The position numbers and the translations under genes were made by a program. From contig CM120642.1 in the NCBI GenBank assembly GCA_051362555.1, positions 12,648,001 through 12,712,000 of the forward strand: a stretch of DNA of 64,000 nt, given 5' to 3'. Source of the stretch: Lingula anatina (lineage: Eukaryota > Animalia > Brachiopoda). Shown here piece after piece: positions 27,929 through 40,800 of the stretch. The notes under the pieces were generated by a model. That model was not told where the DNA came from, did not search any database, and saw nothing but the letters and a program-made list of their open reading frames with translations. Within the stretch, counting starts at the first letter, position 1; every line of letters starts with the position of its first letter.

Positions 27929-30878
27929 ATGAAGTAGAATATATTAATACAACTGTACCTACTTAATAAGCACCAAAAATGTTACATGCTGAGCTATCTT
28001 CTAGATGAAGAAGTTTTTTAACAAACCAAAAAGTCATGGAAAAATGTTAAGAATCAATTGTAGGCCTTGCTCCCAGACTCCAAGATTCATAAACAGTGTA
28101 ACTGTTACTACAGTTTAATGCCAAGCTCAGAGGTCAATTTTCAATTTTGAAATGTTATATGCAAAGCTTCGTGTCATACTCTTCCATTGTGCAATTTGAG
28201 AAAGAAGTTTTCATAGTAGCAAAATGCATATTGCCCACAAATGACAGATCCAGAGGAAAACAAAGACGCCAATATTCAGCAAATCGTGTTACTGTCAGGC
28301 AGTGTATAATCTCATTGGTGTCACTGAAGCAGGATCTTTTTAAGTAGTGCAGTGATATAGTGTAACAAGGAAAGGACCATGTCATTTTATTAAGCTGGAA
28401 TTGTATGAGATACAATTGTAAACAAATACCATAATGATTGAAGGTTTACTTTTCTATGCAATATAACATGCACTTAAAGTAAAACAGAATAGTTTGCTAT
28501 AAAGTCAGGTGTATTTTTACTAATAAGTTTGCTTATTGACGTGGGTTGTAGTTATAGGAAATGATGATAAAGTATATATCATTTTCAAATGCCAATTTTT
28601 CAAATGCCATTCCTAACATTTTGCCGAATTCCATTTTTATTTAGGTATACAGAAACAGGATCAGAGATCCAAAAAGTTACACATGAACATAATGTTAAAC
28701 CATTTTCATCTCTTTTTTGTAAAAAGCAAGAAAACCTGGTTGAATTAACTTCCATGTTTATTAGGCATAGTTTGTTCTTCTTTGTTAAACATTCCAACTT
28801 AAAGTTTTTGAGCCAAACCAGATAAGCAGTTATAGAAAACACAATGATCGTGCAGCTGTAATGAAGGACTGAAGTATTTAGATGTAGGGTGGTTGTGGTT
28901 GATGCGTGGAAAAGTCTGAGATGCAAAAATGAGCAGACTTTATTGTCTGCTTATAAAGAATGAATTTTGGTTGTAACATAGCATGTATAGGTAAATATCT
29001 CTTTTTGGATAAAAAAAAACCTGCATTGTATCTATAAATAAGAAAAAAAATTGTTTAGAGTTTTCACGAGGGTTGGAACTTTCATAAAGGAATTTAAATA
29101 TGTAGTATGTCAGAAGTGACCGTTATAGTTTATTTTGACCTCAATTAAATACTATATGCCCAGTGTTTAATAGTACACATGTACTATAGGAGGAGGAGGA
29201 CAAAGGAAATGGCGCAATGTTTAGAGGTATTATACAGCTGTTGATAGAAGAAGTAAAATATAAGAAAACCCATAGTAGTGTCAAATAGATCGAAATTAAA
29301 TGGTAGGGTAAAGCAAAGGCAAATATGTAATGCCTGTCATTTTTACAAATTAAATGAATTTTGTAAGAAATTAACTTCAATTGCCCATTTATGTTGTGCA
29401 ATGTCGTGCTCAAATTTAAGAGCAGTTTTGACCACTTTATTTTCCTTATGTCATTTGAAAGTGCTTTCATATCAATTTTCATTTAGTTCAAAAAACCAAT
29501 TACAAGGCGAAAGTACTATAGACTTAAATATTTGCATGTAGTACCCTGTCCATAAATTAATATATGCAGTCAGTTATTAGGGTGAAGTGCACCCTTTATT
29601 TTATAATAGGTAAGTTCATGTATATACTTGCCAATATTGTGAACACTTGCCCGATCTCAGATGTAATAAAGGTACCCTTATCAGTCTGAGTGCAAAGACT
29701 TGTTCGATCTGTTAGCTATTTTCATTAAAAAAAGATATAAAAAAAAGCTTCTAAAGGTCATTTCTTGTTTCAATACTAAATTATTCACAAAATGTAATAT
29801 ATGGAATAGTATAACACCCTATAATTATTGTGTGTGAAATAATACAATATCACACGTGCGAAAAGCGAAAAACATCCCTAGAATTGAAAAGAAAACGTTT
29901 AGCACCGTCTCACCGCTATGTGTATTTAACAAGTTGCGTGACCGAGGCAATACAAGTTAAGGCTACGACAATAGGAACGGTTCAATGTGGTTACTACTAA
30001 CCTCCGCGATACGCGCTGATAAGATATCCGACTTTAAACTCGATTTCCATAACAGTTACTAGAGATTGTCATAGCATAAGCAAAGTCCATTGAACAATTT
30101 TGTGCTAATTATGTCCAAAATTCTAATAAATATAAATTCAGTAGTAATCTGGAAATACTAAAGCATGTCATTTTAAAAATACAATGGCGTTTGAACAATT
30201 CAATGGATTAAATAATCAATTTATTGATAAATTAAATTAAGATGTCACTAAAATAAAAGTTAGTCACTGAAGCCACGTTATTCATTGCATATCTTTCAAA
30301 AATATTTTTATAATGAAGAAAATCCAGTTTGACATTTACTGCACCTTAATTTGTGCCTTGTCTTTAACACACCATTTTTTGCAGGCGTAAAGGAGTGAGC
30401 AAGTGGTGAGATCACGTGTGCTAGTCACCTTGGTTAAACAACGTAGGTTACGTGTACGAATAAAAAAATAGGCATGGTTTTGTTTTCGGTGTATTGCTTC
30501 TAATATATTTTGCCCACAATTAAACTTACTTCTAATGGAAATTTGCCTACAAAAATCAAATGTATTCTTTTATTTCAAAATATGAAAAAGAAAAAAAACT
30601 GTTTTAGAGTGTCCTACTCGAGTCAGGTTTGTAAGAGGCCTGGGAATTGTTGTCTTTACATATACATGAACAAACTACTTGAACAAAAGTCCATTTCTTC
30701 GATAAATTATTACAATTACTGAAAATCACTCGTTACTTGTATCAGGCAGAGAAACTACATGTTTAAATGCAGGAACTACACGGTGCCCGGTGTGTAGAAA
30801 TAACCGTGCGTGAGTTCAATGAACTTAAAACAACCATTTTGAATACATGTATCCTTACTACTCTTTACCAGGGCCGCA

Positions 30879-30925
<47 letters not shown>

Positions 30926-32316
30926 TTTATTTACTTTTTGCTGACATCAGACTAAAATGACTGTCTATTTATCTAGAGACATATCTATGAATATCTGTGA
31001 AAAATCAATCTGTAGCTCTGGTAGAGGGTATATCTTTACTCTCTTAACTAGAAACTCTGACTTTCTGCGGAGGCAGCCTCACAGCTCACGTGTGTTAGAT
31101 ATCATCACGGATATGAAGATACCCCGATCAAGATCAAAGTAATTGTGATTACATTTAAATATAAGTCATTCCTGCTACCCGTTCTAGTTTTAAGACATTG
31201 TTTGAAAGAATCACTGTAAGAAATAAAGGAGATCGTACACGGTGGAATTCAACAACACTCGGATTATTTTGCGATAATCTTTTAAAGTATTTGACAGGGG
31301 GAATGTTCATTCTTATGTATTGATTTCTGCACTTATTGAAATAGACTGAAAGCTCGTGTGCACTAAAATAGTTGTGAGGACAGTGACATAGCATGACTCC
31401 CGTTTAACCAGTTCCTTTTTTAGGTCTCACAAAACATGTGTCACTTTTTTTGTATTTTTATAGTAGTCATGTCTGTCCCCACCTGTTAGATGTGGTTATG
31501 TGACTTTAGGCGATAACTCTAATTCAGGATGTGTGCCTTAAATACACATATCAACAGTAGTCCTGAAAGAAGTGAACTTCTTAGTCATCTCCGAACTAAA
31601 AAACTCGTATCCCCCCCCAATGGATTGTGAATATTAATTGGGGCTTTCCATATATCACAGGCGACTGTTTAGTGATGCTGAGTCCGTTTTCAAACAACCC
31701 ACTACTTTTAGCACACCTACGCGACCAGCTCACACCTTGTCCGCAAGAAGAGGATGTGACTTTGTTATTTCATCTAACATCAGGGAAAATCATTTTAAGC
31801 ACGGGATTTCATTTCCGATGTTCGACTATATAATAGGTGGGAACCTCTTCTTGTGTGTAAAGGAATCTGGAAGAAAAGACGGGTAAGTCTTATAAGCATG
31901 GTTTTAGAAAGATATCCAATGCAGATTTGGAAGATCAATAGGCCTAGGGGGATTGAAAAAAAAAGAAAATACATCGTCTCGTCTTTTCGTCGTAATCGTC
32001 GTTAATAATTATTCACAATCAAATTTTTAAAGCAACAGGAAAATATAAGAGTTTTGAATTTATTGCATTTAAGAAAATCGGTCTTTAATTTCTGCGTATA
32101 AGATAATCTAGAATCTGGAAATCAAAAGAGTGATTACTAAATACTGTTATAAGGAGATAAGGTAAAAATCACCATTTGCATATTTAATGCAAAACCCCAG
32201 ACTTATTTTTAATGATCACTGCCGTTTGTTTCATAATTGCATTTCTTTATAATACAAAAGGTACGTTTTATTTCTTTTCTATAGAGGGAAAAACCCAACA
32301 GAAGTCTTCATGAAAA

Positions 32317-34704
32317 ATGATGTCGCGTGTCCAGATGCTGGTATTGTTTGTTGCTATAGCGACCGTTGAGTGCTGGCCGCTCACTGGTAACTATGGCGAC
32401 GATACGGGAAATGGTCAGAAATATTTGCTGAGACCAAGCGAACAAAAGGAACAATCAGCTGAAATTTTTGTCAAAGCACAGGAAGACGACGATGAAGTTG
32501 ATGTTCAAGCTACGGTGTTGTAAGTTTTGTTAGCAACATTGATGTTGCGTGACATACTAGTTATATTAACAGTGTGCTGAACTTGATAAAAAATACTCTC
32601 AAAAGCCGTTTCTGTATCTCTTTTTATGGTCCACTTTCGCATATTTTTTTTTAGATTCACAGAAAAGGTGATGCTTAATAATTGTTTCACACCCTTCGAA
32701 GTTATTCAAGATAAAAAACGCCTCATTTTGTAGTCATGATATTACTGTCTATGAAATTTGCAATGAATTCTTCTTCAATCATTTGTTTAAAAATAAGGAG
32801 GCAAAACGAAATACTGACAAATTTGATTAATGTAAACGTCTTTTAATTCAGGCCAATCATCTCTGACAATGGTAACTCTATAATATCCTTGGAAGACACT
32901 AGTATCGAAAAAGATGTCGACATCATTGTTAGCGACGAGGCAACGCGGGTAAAGCGCAGCAAACGCGGACGCCGCAAACCCAAGAAAGACAAAAAGAAAA
33001 ATAACAAGAAGGATAAGGGAAAGAAAAAGACCAAGAAGGATAAGAAAAAAGGAAAGAAAACCAAGAAGCGTTGTACACCTAAATGTAAGTATCCTTTTTT
33101 ATTTCACGATTCAAAGTGAGGAAAAACTTTTGATGGCTTTTGCTGTAAACCACAGACAGCAGACTTTCTTGTTGACTGAAAATCGAACTTTATGCATTTC
33201 ATGTATTACCATGCATGTATAAAAACATACTTTCCTAATCTTTGAACCAGGAGCCACATGGTTATTACCGTCTTTAATGTTTATTTGATCTTTTTTAATG
33301 ACTTGTGCCAATTTTCAAATTAATGAAGTTAACATCACTGCTTATACATTGCAATTTTTCGTCAAGTAAAATGGCAGTATTTCGTATAATTTTTATTTGT
33401 GTTATAAAGAGTGGTAATCTATTATCTTTGGCACAAAATAACCAAAAATCGAAGTGCATATGTTACAGTTTTAAAAGATTGCAAACGTATTTTATACTGC
33501 AGCCAGAAGACGCGGTCGTTGTCCCACTGTGCCACCAACAACCGTGACAACGACTGATCCAACCACCACGCAACCAAGCACCGCATCGACGGAACCAACC
33601 ACCACGCAACCTGCCACGACAACGACTGTACCAACCACCACGCAACCCGCGACAACGACTGAACCAACTACCACGCAACCCGCGACAACAACGACTGAAC
33701 CAACCACCACGCAACCCGCCACAACAACGACTGAACCAACTACCACACAACCCGCCACAACAACGACTGAACCAACTACCACACAACCCGCCACAACAAC
33801 GACTGAACCAACTACCACACAACCCACCACAACAACGACTGAACCAACCACCACGCAACCCGCGACAACGACTGAACCAACTACCACGCAACCCGCCACA
33901 ACAACGACTGAACCAACCACCACGCAACCCGCCACAACAACGACTGAACCAACCACCACGCAACCCGCCACAACAACGACTGAACCAACTACCACACAAC
34001 CCGCCACAACAACGATTGAACCAACCACCACGCAACCCGCCACAACAACGACTGAACCAACCACCACGCAACCCGCCACAACAACGACTGAACCAACCAC
34101 CACGCAACCTGCTACTTCAACGACGGAGCCAACCACCACACAACCCGCCACAACAACGACTGAACCAACCACCACGCAACCAGCTACTTCATCGACGGAG
34201 CCAACCACCACACAACCCGCCACAACAACGACTGAACCAACCACCACACAACCCGCTACAACAACGTCTGAACCAACCACCACACAACCCGCTACAACAA
34301 CGACTGAACCAACCACCACACAACCCGCCACAACAACGACTGGACCAACCACCACACAACCCGCCACAACAACGACTGGACCAACTACCACGCAACCCGC
34401 TACTTCAACGACGGAGCAAACCACCACACAACCCGCCACAACAACGTCTGAACCGACCACCACTATTCAACCGTCCTTCACAACAGCCGCACCAACCACT
34501 TCTCAACCCATTTCTACGACTGTGCCCTCCACTGTTCAGCCGACATCTTCAGCGGCTGAACCGACCACTGTTGAACCTGCTCTTACAACAGATGAATCAA
34601 CCAGTGCTCAACCTGAATCTACAACGGCTGAATCAACCACTGTCCAACTCGGTATTACATCCGATGATCCAAGCACTGCTCAACCCACACCAACCGCCCC
34701 TTAA
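32317..34704 (+). CDS. Secreted precursor: signal peptide, acidic pro-region, furin sites, Lys-rich domain, Thr/Pro-rich mucin array (545 aa)
   Basis: Exons 32317..32519, 32852..33084 and 33503..34704 have two GTAAGT donors and CAG acceptors with phases 2 and 1 matching (1638 nt). Signal MMSRVQMLVLFVAIATVEC; RVKRSKR; 35-aa segment with 21 Lys and 3 Arg; C-TPKSRRRGR-C; about 25 ATTTTEPTTTQP repeats. Confidence 0.88.
33550..34465 (+). repeat. Coding 36-bp minisatellite, about 25 units (two 33-bp variants)
   Basis: Unit approximately GCCACAACAACGACTGAACCAACCACCACGCAACCC, encoding ATTTTEPTTTQP. Length variants preserve the frame. Confidence 0.95.
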
Positions 34705-35349
34705 TACGCATCTGCAATTGCCTAGCCAACCACAGCTCATCCCGGTTCTAGAACGGCTACACTGCATGATCACTGCTGAACCTGCCTCTAATTCCGCTGC
34801 ACCAACCATTGCTCAACCAGTTTCTCCAACCGCTGAGCCAACCTCTGCGCACCGCCTGTCTGCAGTGACTGGGTCAACTTTTACTCCACTTGCCTCTACA
34901 ATGGCTGAATCAACCACTGCAGGATATGGTTACTTGTAATGACGGTTTGTTCTTATATTAATAAGTGTCCAATCGATATCGATGTTGTCAACGCTACAAG
35001 AGCGGGCGCGAATCCCGAAATTGTCCTGTCCACGCCTATATTGGCTGAAATTTGAGACACGTATTAGACATGATCGATATTGCCTAAAGAACGACGCACA
35101 GAAATCTATCGCACATACATTATTCATTTAATTCCATTTGTTGTATGTAAAAGAGTTGAGATATTGACAGAACTGTTACAACTCGAAATATTCAATTTTA
35201 AAAATGTTATGTTTATCCTGAAGTACTTTTTTTTACTGACAGAGCCAGCACTGAAAGTGAAGAGCAATGTATATGATTATCATCTAAGAAAAGAGTCTAG
35301 TCATCATTCAGTATGATAAACTGACTATAACTGTATCATATCACATGGC

Positions 35350-37725
35350 TTAATTTCGTTTAAGTAAATTATAAAGGTCATTACCAAATGTAAAATTTAA
35401 CGATGTACTTGAATGCAGGCAAGGCATTCCAGACATTTTCCCCATAGTGTTGATAATCGTTTTTGTGGTCTGTGCTAGGAATTCCAGATTGTCGTCTGTA
35501 ACAAGAGCGATGCCGTCACACGTGGTGTGGTAGCAACTCTTCATAGCGCCGCGGAAATTAGCTGGAAACCAATGAAAATGTTGAAAACAACAACCCTCAC
35601 TGTAAGGTCCAAACGTTGTTTCTATATTATACATCCTAAAGATGATGTCACTGTAAGAATGTTTTTAATAAACCAATAAAATGTTATAATGATAAGTTTA
35701 TGCTTGCTCAGAGTGGTTTGCTGTTGCCAGTTAATGTCATATATGAAAAAAAGAGGTACATAAGTTATAACATAACGATACATATCTGTAAGTGCGTACC
35801 GCTTCACTTGCATAGTAGCGAGGCGCGAAACTGAGGAAAAAATACGGTTTTAAAAGAACAAACTCACCCGTATCTGTTATCAAAACTGCTGGGAGATTAC
35901 TAAGCCAAAAACTAATATGGTCACTGCGCCCAAAATTGTTGTAGTGCGACCATACATCTTTCTCTGTGAGTGGAGTTTTGTCGATTGGCGGAAGATTGAA
36001 ACGTTCAATCTACAACCACAAAAAACCAAACATATAAAAGAAACGCGATTACCATATGTCACTAAAATGAAAAATTACAAGTAACATGTTCTTTTCGTCA
36101 CTAAATAAAAAGGTATGTGAAGAAAAACTATTTGCAAGATATCATCGACATAATAACAAAAAATGATCTCGTTAAATAGTTATTATCATCTTATACAAAT
36201 CGTAAATTTTTTTCAAATCAATTAATTTTAAAATGATTTTTCTATTATTATCATTATCTGTCCTTCACCTTTGTTGTTGTAAAATAAAATACGTTAATGG
36301 CAATCACCTTTGACTTTATGGATGAAAGTCACCCATTCCTTAGTAGGACGACAAAACGTTCGCAGTATTGTTAACTTTTAAGACATAGATGCCCATGGTT
36401 GTTGGTGTAACTACAGTATATTCAAAACTGCATCAAAAAAATTAACCTTGGTTGCCATTGTTGTGGTGTTATTTCTCGTGCGGATGCTAATAATGTTCGC
36501 ATGCATTGGTCTTCTTACATGAAACTCGTAATGAAAAAGAAAGAACTCACGTGATACTGGGGGTTTCCAGCCACGCTATTCCAATCTGTCTGAAGGTGAT
36601 CCAGCATATCTCGTTCCTCAGAGCGGCCTATAATGGCCAGAAAGTCTCCGCGTCCATCCCGAGAAACAATATTCTTAATGACGTCAGGAAACGCCTGGAT
36701 TAATAAAAGAGAACCAGAGTAATGACAGAACTGACCTAATTTGAAAAATGTTTTAATGCATTTTGTTGCACAAATAACCCCGTCATTGTTAGCTTAACGT
36801 TGGCTTAACAAAAAGTTAAAACTCCGTGAGATTAAGCAAATGTCCCCAAACAATGTTCGTATTGATGCACAGCTTGCTTTCTGTGACTCCGAGGAGACGA
36901 TGGAGCACGTTATCAATGCATCTTTAAAGCTACAGATACAGCTATTTTAGCTCACTATGTCACACATGTACCGGTATGTAACAAACAAACGGGTGTGCCC
37001 ACGGCGGCGCTCACCTGTTCAAATTCTGTGGGTATATTCTGCGACTTCGCCGTCAGATCAACGTTCATAACGACGTCCAGTATCATTATCCCTTGGAAAG
37101 GCGGGAGATTGTCTGCCGCGGTGTTTGCAGGGTAATTGTCTTTCCAGAACTTCGGGAACCACGTTTTTACCAGCTCCCGGCTTCCACAAGCGATTTTGCT
37201 GCATGCGATGTCTTTTCCATCTATCAAAGATTTATTGGAAAGTTCACAAGTCATGTCTCATCTTCATAGCAAACCCATGTAAACGCATGAAATCTGTTTT
37301 ACAGGGTAGAAACTGTTTTGACATTTAGCCATTATAATATGAGGAATCTGTGGTAGGGGAGCAAAGTAACTTCCCAACTACCCCCCCCCCCCCCCCAAAA
37401 AAAAAAAAAAAAAAAAAAAAAAAGAAATAAATGCACTCAGTACAAAACCCTGCCCAAAATGGAAAGTAGATGTGAAATATTCGACTAAAACTTGGGGCAA
37501 AGGAGAGGGAGGGGAAGAAAGCAAGTCTTCCTGTCATCATTATTTAATCCGTTATTATTTTTTTTAGAATACAAACTGATATACGTACTCGTATGTCGCT
37601 ATCATTTCATAGTAAAATTCTATACAGTTGCGGGGGTTTGTTTCCATCTTATCCTCGTTTAAAAAGAACTACGAGAGGTTTGTGCAAACGCGTAATATAT
37701 GAAAACACGCTGCTGTCTCGGGTAC

Positions 37726-37772
<47 letters not shown>

Positions 37773-37780
37773 AGTGTGTG

Positions 37781-37820
<40 letters not shown>

Positions 37821-40800
37821 TGTGTGTGACTACTTACAACTTTCCCATTCTTCAAAATCTGAGGCAATAAAGAATAATGTATAGTTCGGTCTACACCCAG
37901 TGTGCGTAAGGACCTTAGCAGCCTCCAACATTGCCGTCACACCAGACCCATTATCATTTACACCTATTGGTAAAGAAAAAAAACTCCATGTTGTGAACTT
38001 CTATGTTGAATGAAACATGTTTTATTATAACACAAACTACTTAACTTAATTTTTTTTTTAGATAATCACTATCACTCTGAAATAAATGCACACGATGCAT
38101 GAAAATTGAACTTCTACCTTAGGTACGTATGCTGAAGGCTACTCTTGCACCTTGTAGCAAAGATACATACCTTTTTCTCAACAAACGCAATTGCCGAGAA
38201 AATGCCGCAACAGTTCTATTGTTCGGATATAAAAACGTAACAACTATGACAATTCAGTGCAATCGCAGCTGCACATGTGGTATACCTGGTGAGGTCCGCA
38301 TTGTGTCGTAATGCGCTCCTATTGCCAGTGGGAAGTCGTGTACTGTACCAAACTGACGTCCTTTCAGAATACCTATTACATTATGCCCTTTCACCTGGAA
38401 AACGGGTGATATACAAGATTCATTTATTTAATATCTAATTATTATATATTTATTCCGGTTTTAAATGTAACCCAACCAAAAATGGCAAATATACATAAAT
38501 ACATAATAAGAACAATAATGGGGTGTTACGCTTGTCACTGAGATATTTAAAATATTGAAAAAGTTATTTCAAAACAATACATTCTATTTCCATACAGAAT
38601 ATAGGGTACTTCTCGTGGAACATATATCGCACACATAAATCTACACTAAAATCGTATTTCAGTTTCAGTTAGTAGATATTGCTAGATATTCCTGATAAAA
38701 TAACCAAAATCTGATTGGCCACTCACATGATTAAACATTTGTGTTCTAACTGGGACCGGGATTTTCTTTTTATTGCAGATCTCACGTTATAGAGTGGTAT
38801 CCAATCCTACACCCTCAAAAGGAAATAGCAAATGGGGAAGGCATTGGGAAGGGATTCGTCTGCTTTTCGACTTCTGGCGTACTATTGGGTTTGCCCGTGC
38901 TCAAATTTTAAGTTCATCTGTGAACGCGGAAGGAGGTCATATACTCCGCTACCAAAAAGTGTCACCCCTAACGCAATGCGTACAGTGATACAAGAAATCC
39001 TGTCGTTAACCAATGTTCTTTCTTTAACTTCTGAAAGGATTTTCACAAAAATTTAATGACTGTATACCACCAATGAATAAACTAACCATAGTAAGAGAAA
39101 TTAAAGCCACATTTTGTGTTCACTGTGCACTTACTCCCGCTAAGTCTGTATCGAAGCTATGTATTCTGGTGTCCAGTCCCTGGCTTTGCAGATAATCATG
39201 TATGAACACCATGGTCTCATTCTTGACCGCTGGGTCATGCGCGTGGTGGCGAGGGCTAAAGAAACGAGTGGTCAGCGTTTCCCTCATCCAGGTCTTGTTC
39301 ACTTCAAAGCATGATCGATGTTGGAGTTCTATTGAAAATAAGCAATACGTAATATCACTATCACTGTTACTTACAAGAAAATTTTTAAAAAATTGATCAT
39401 TATTATGCAAACCGGATACGCCTTCAGCATAGAATCACAAAAAATTAGGATCAAGCTTTCTCGATTATAAAGGATCAAGCTTTTCATTATGTTGGTTACG
39501 ATAGAAAATAAAGCGCAAAGATTATAATTAGGGGAAACTGATAAGGGGTATGAGCATGGTGAAATAATGGCAAACTTAATTTTGTAGCACAGCTCAATTC
39601 TTCAAATATCCTAGTATTGCTTACTTGGAGATCAGTGCTTTCCGCTGGATTATACATTTTCGCTAAACCAATTATGCAAACCAAATGGCGAAGTGAGTAT
39701 CCGGTAGAGCTGATTTTACTTGGAAAGAGGATGAATACATTGACGTCATTAACCCAGCGGTTACATCCTGGTTGGCTCTTATACCGTCAAATACATTCTA
39801 CGTAATCTGGTTTTCCACTTTAACTGTCAAAACGGCGATAATGTAGGCAGATAGGAAATGGTGTTCGAAGAATGACCCGTCACCGAACTTATTTGTGTGT
39901 TCAGCTAAAAGTATTAGTTTGGCATTGTATGCCAAAAAGATGAAAACATCTGAAGATGTGGATTTTGAAATGGATCTTACTAACTGTGCACCGTAATCAG
40001 TAGTTCTACAGTTTGGATATTCTTTATCTACACGTTGACTTTGCTTGAAACATATATGATTAACTCTCTGTGATAACGATATTAAATGCTTGAATGTTTA
40101 TATAAATGGCACTGGTACCCTAAGTCAGTTAAAATGAGTGAATTGCATTCCAAGTCAATGTTCAATCTTATGAATGGTATTCTATCGCCGGTTATTGATG
40201 CCACAGAAGGAAATGCACTCTTCATATAAATATCGATTTTTATAAATGAACTTTACATGTTAACTGACATAATAAAAGACTGGGGTTATGTTGTAGACAG
40301 GATATTACGATATAGAAGGTACCTTATGTGATTTTAATTCAAGGCAAATAGTTTTCGTAAAGCTTAGCAATTATGAGAGAAGCACGGTTGTTTTGTCCCA
40401 CATGCAGGACTTATTGGCCCTAGATATGTTGCCGAACCTCTATACAGATGCAGCGACTTTTGAATTTGTACACTCAGCTACTCGGTTTTAGGTTAACTTG
40501 CTCATTTAAGCTTTTTAGAGGCGATGCTTCAAAGAGGCAACCGTCAGAAATACATTTAGGTCCGCTACAATGACACTGAAATTATCCAGCAGCCACGATG
40601 AACTATTGTCTGGAGATTTACCTCAACTAAAGCAGACAAAAATCTGTTCATGCCCATTTCTAGTAAAATCGATTAATCTAAGATGATGGGCATTGCGCAG
40701 AAAATAACATTCAGCAAACACATAAAAACAGATGCTTTTGTATTAAAGGTATGAGACATTGCATTTTAGAAATCCATCGTGTAGGCCGAGTGTGATTGAA

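Noticed and set aside
33422-34463. Long minus-strand ORFs rich in Val/Gly/Cys (323 aa) or Gly/Cys/Arg/Trp (214 aa), and the +1-frame Gln/Pro ORF 34016..34939
   Set aside because: Shadows of the 36-bp mucin repeat. Only the Thr-rich frame joins in phase to signal-peptide exons; the 3' end of the 34016 ORF is the decayed tail reported separately.
33550-34465. 36-bp periodic array resembling a CRISPR
   Set aside because: Contiguous tandem units with no unique spacers, protein-coding, eukaryotic context, no cas genes.
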